A DNA stretch of 64,000 nt from Terriglobia bacterium (GTDB lineage: Bacteria > Acidobacteriota > Terriglobia > 20CM-2-55-15). The stretch covers positions 1-64,000 of the forward strand of contig CAXWPJ010000005.1 of the NCBI GenBank assembly GCA_963664115.2. Direction: 5' to 3'. Below, piece after piece: positions 63,882 through 64,000 of the stretch. Each line of letters begins with the position of its first letter. Position 1 is the stretch's first letter. The notes below the pieces were generated by a model that was not told the origin of the DNA, made no database searches, and was given only the letters and a program-made list of their open reading frames with translations. The translations under genes and the position numbers were made by a program.

Positions 63882-64000
63882 GCCGCGGCCAATCATAACA
63901 AACGATTCTGGGCCGTGGAAGGGACGAGACGAGTTGAAAACGGACGGTAAAGGTAAAGAAGAACGGGAGCTATAGACCGTGGGCGGCCAAGGGTTGTCCG

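Overview
IS-rich accessory region (probably from an Acidobacteria-like genome, an inference from gene families) ending at a tRNA-Lys(CTT). It holds remnants of two tandem tRNA-targeting satellite-like integrative elements (about 12.9-19.0 kb and 19.0-28.3 kb), ten IS copies or remnants and a group II intron. The main unexplained structure is a possible integron/shufflon-like system. A stand-alone tyrosine recombinase (52189-53139) sits between two long inverted repeats. About ten copies of a ~42-bp pseudo-palindrome (consensus ATTCTCAAGTCCTGAGAA-N6-TTCTCGGACSTTGAGAAT) punctuate the window. The units between them are either a Ser/Thr kinase-TolB propeller gene, or unrelated cargo genes framed by only the head and/or tail of that kinase gene, with the site a fixed 9 nt after the kinase stop codon. 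A group II intron and an IS1111-type element have each inserted into a copy of this site, at positions 1 nt apart. Two paralogous cargo beta-propeller genes share an in-frame TGA followed by an identical SECIS-like hairpin and are probably selenoproteins. Some stretches (40.6-41.5 kb, 43.9-44.4 kb, 32.6-33.0 kb) look like consensus or assembly artefacts. All calls were made by eye; no database searches were run.
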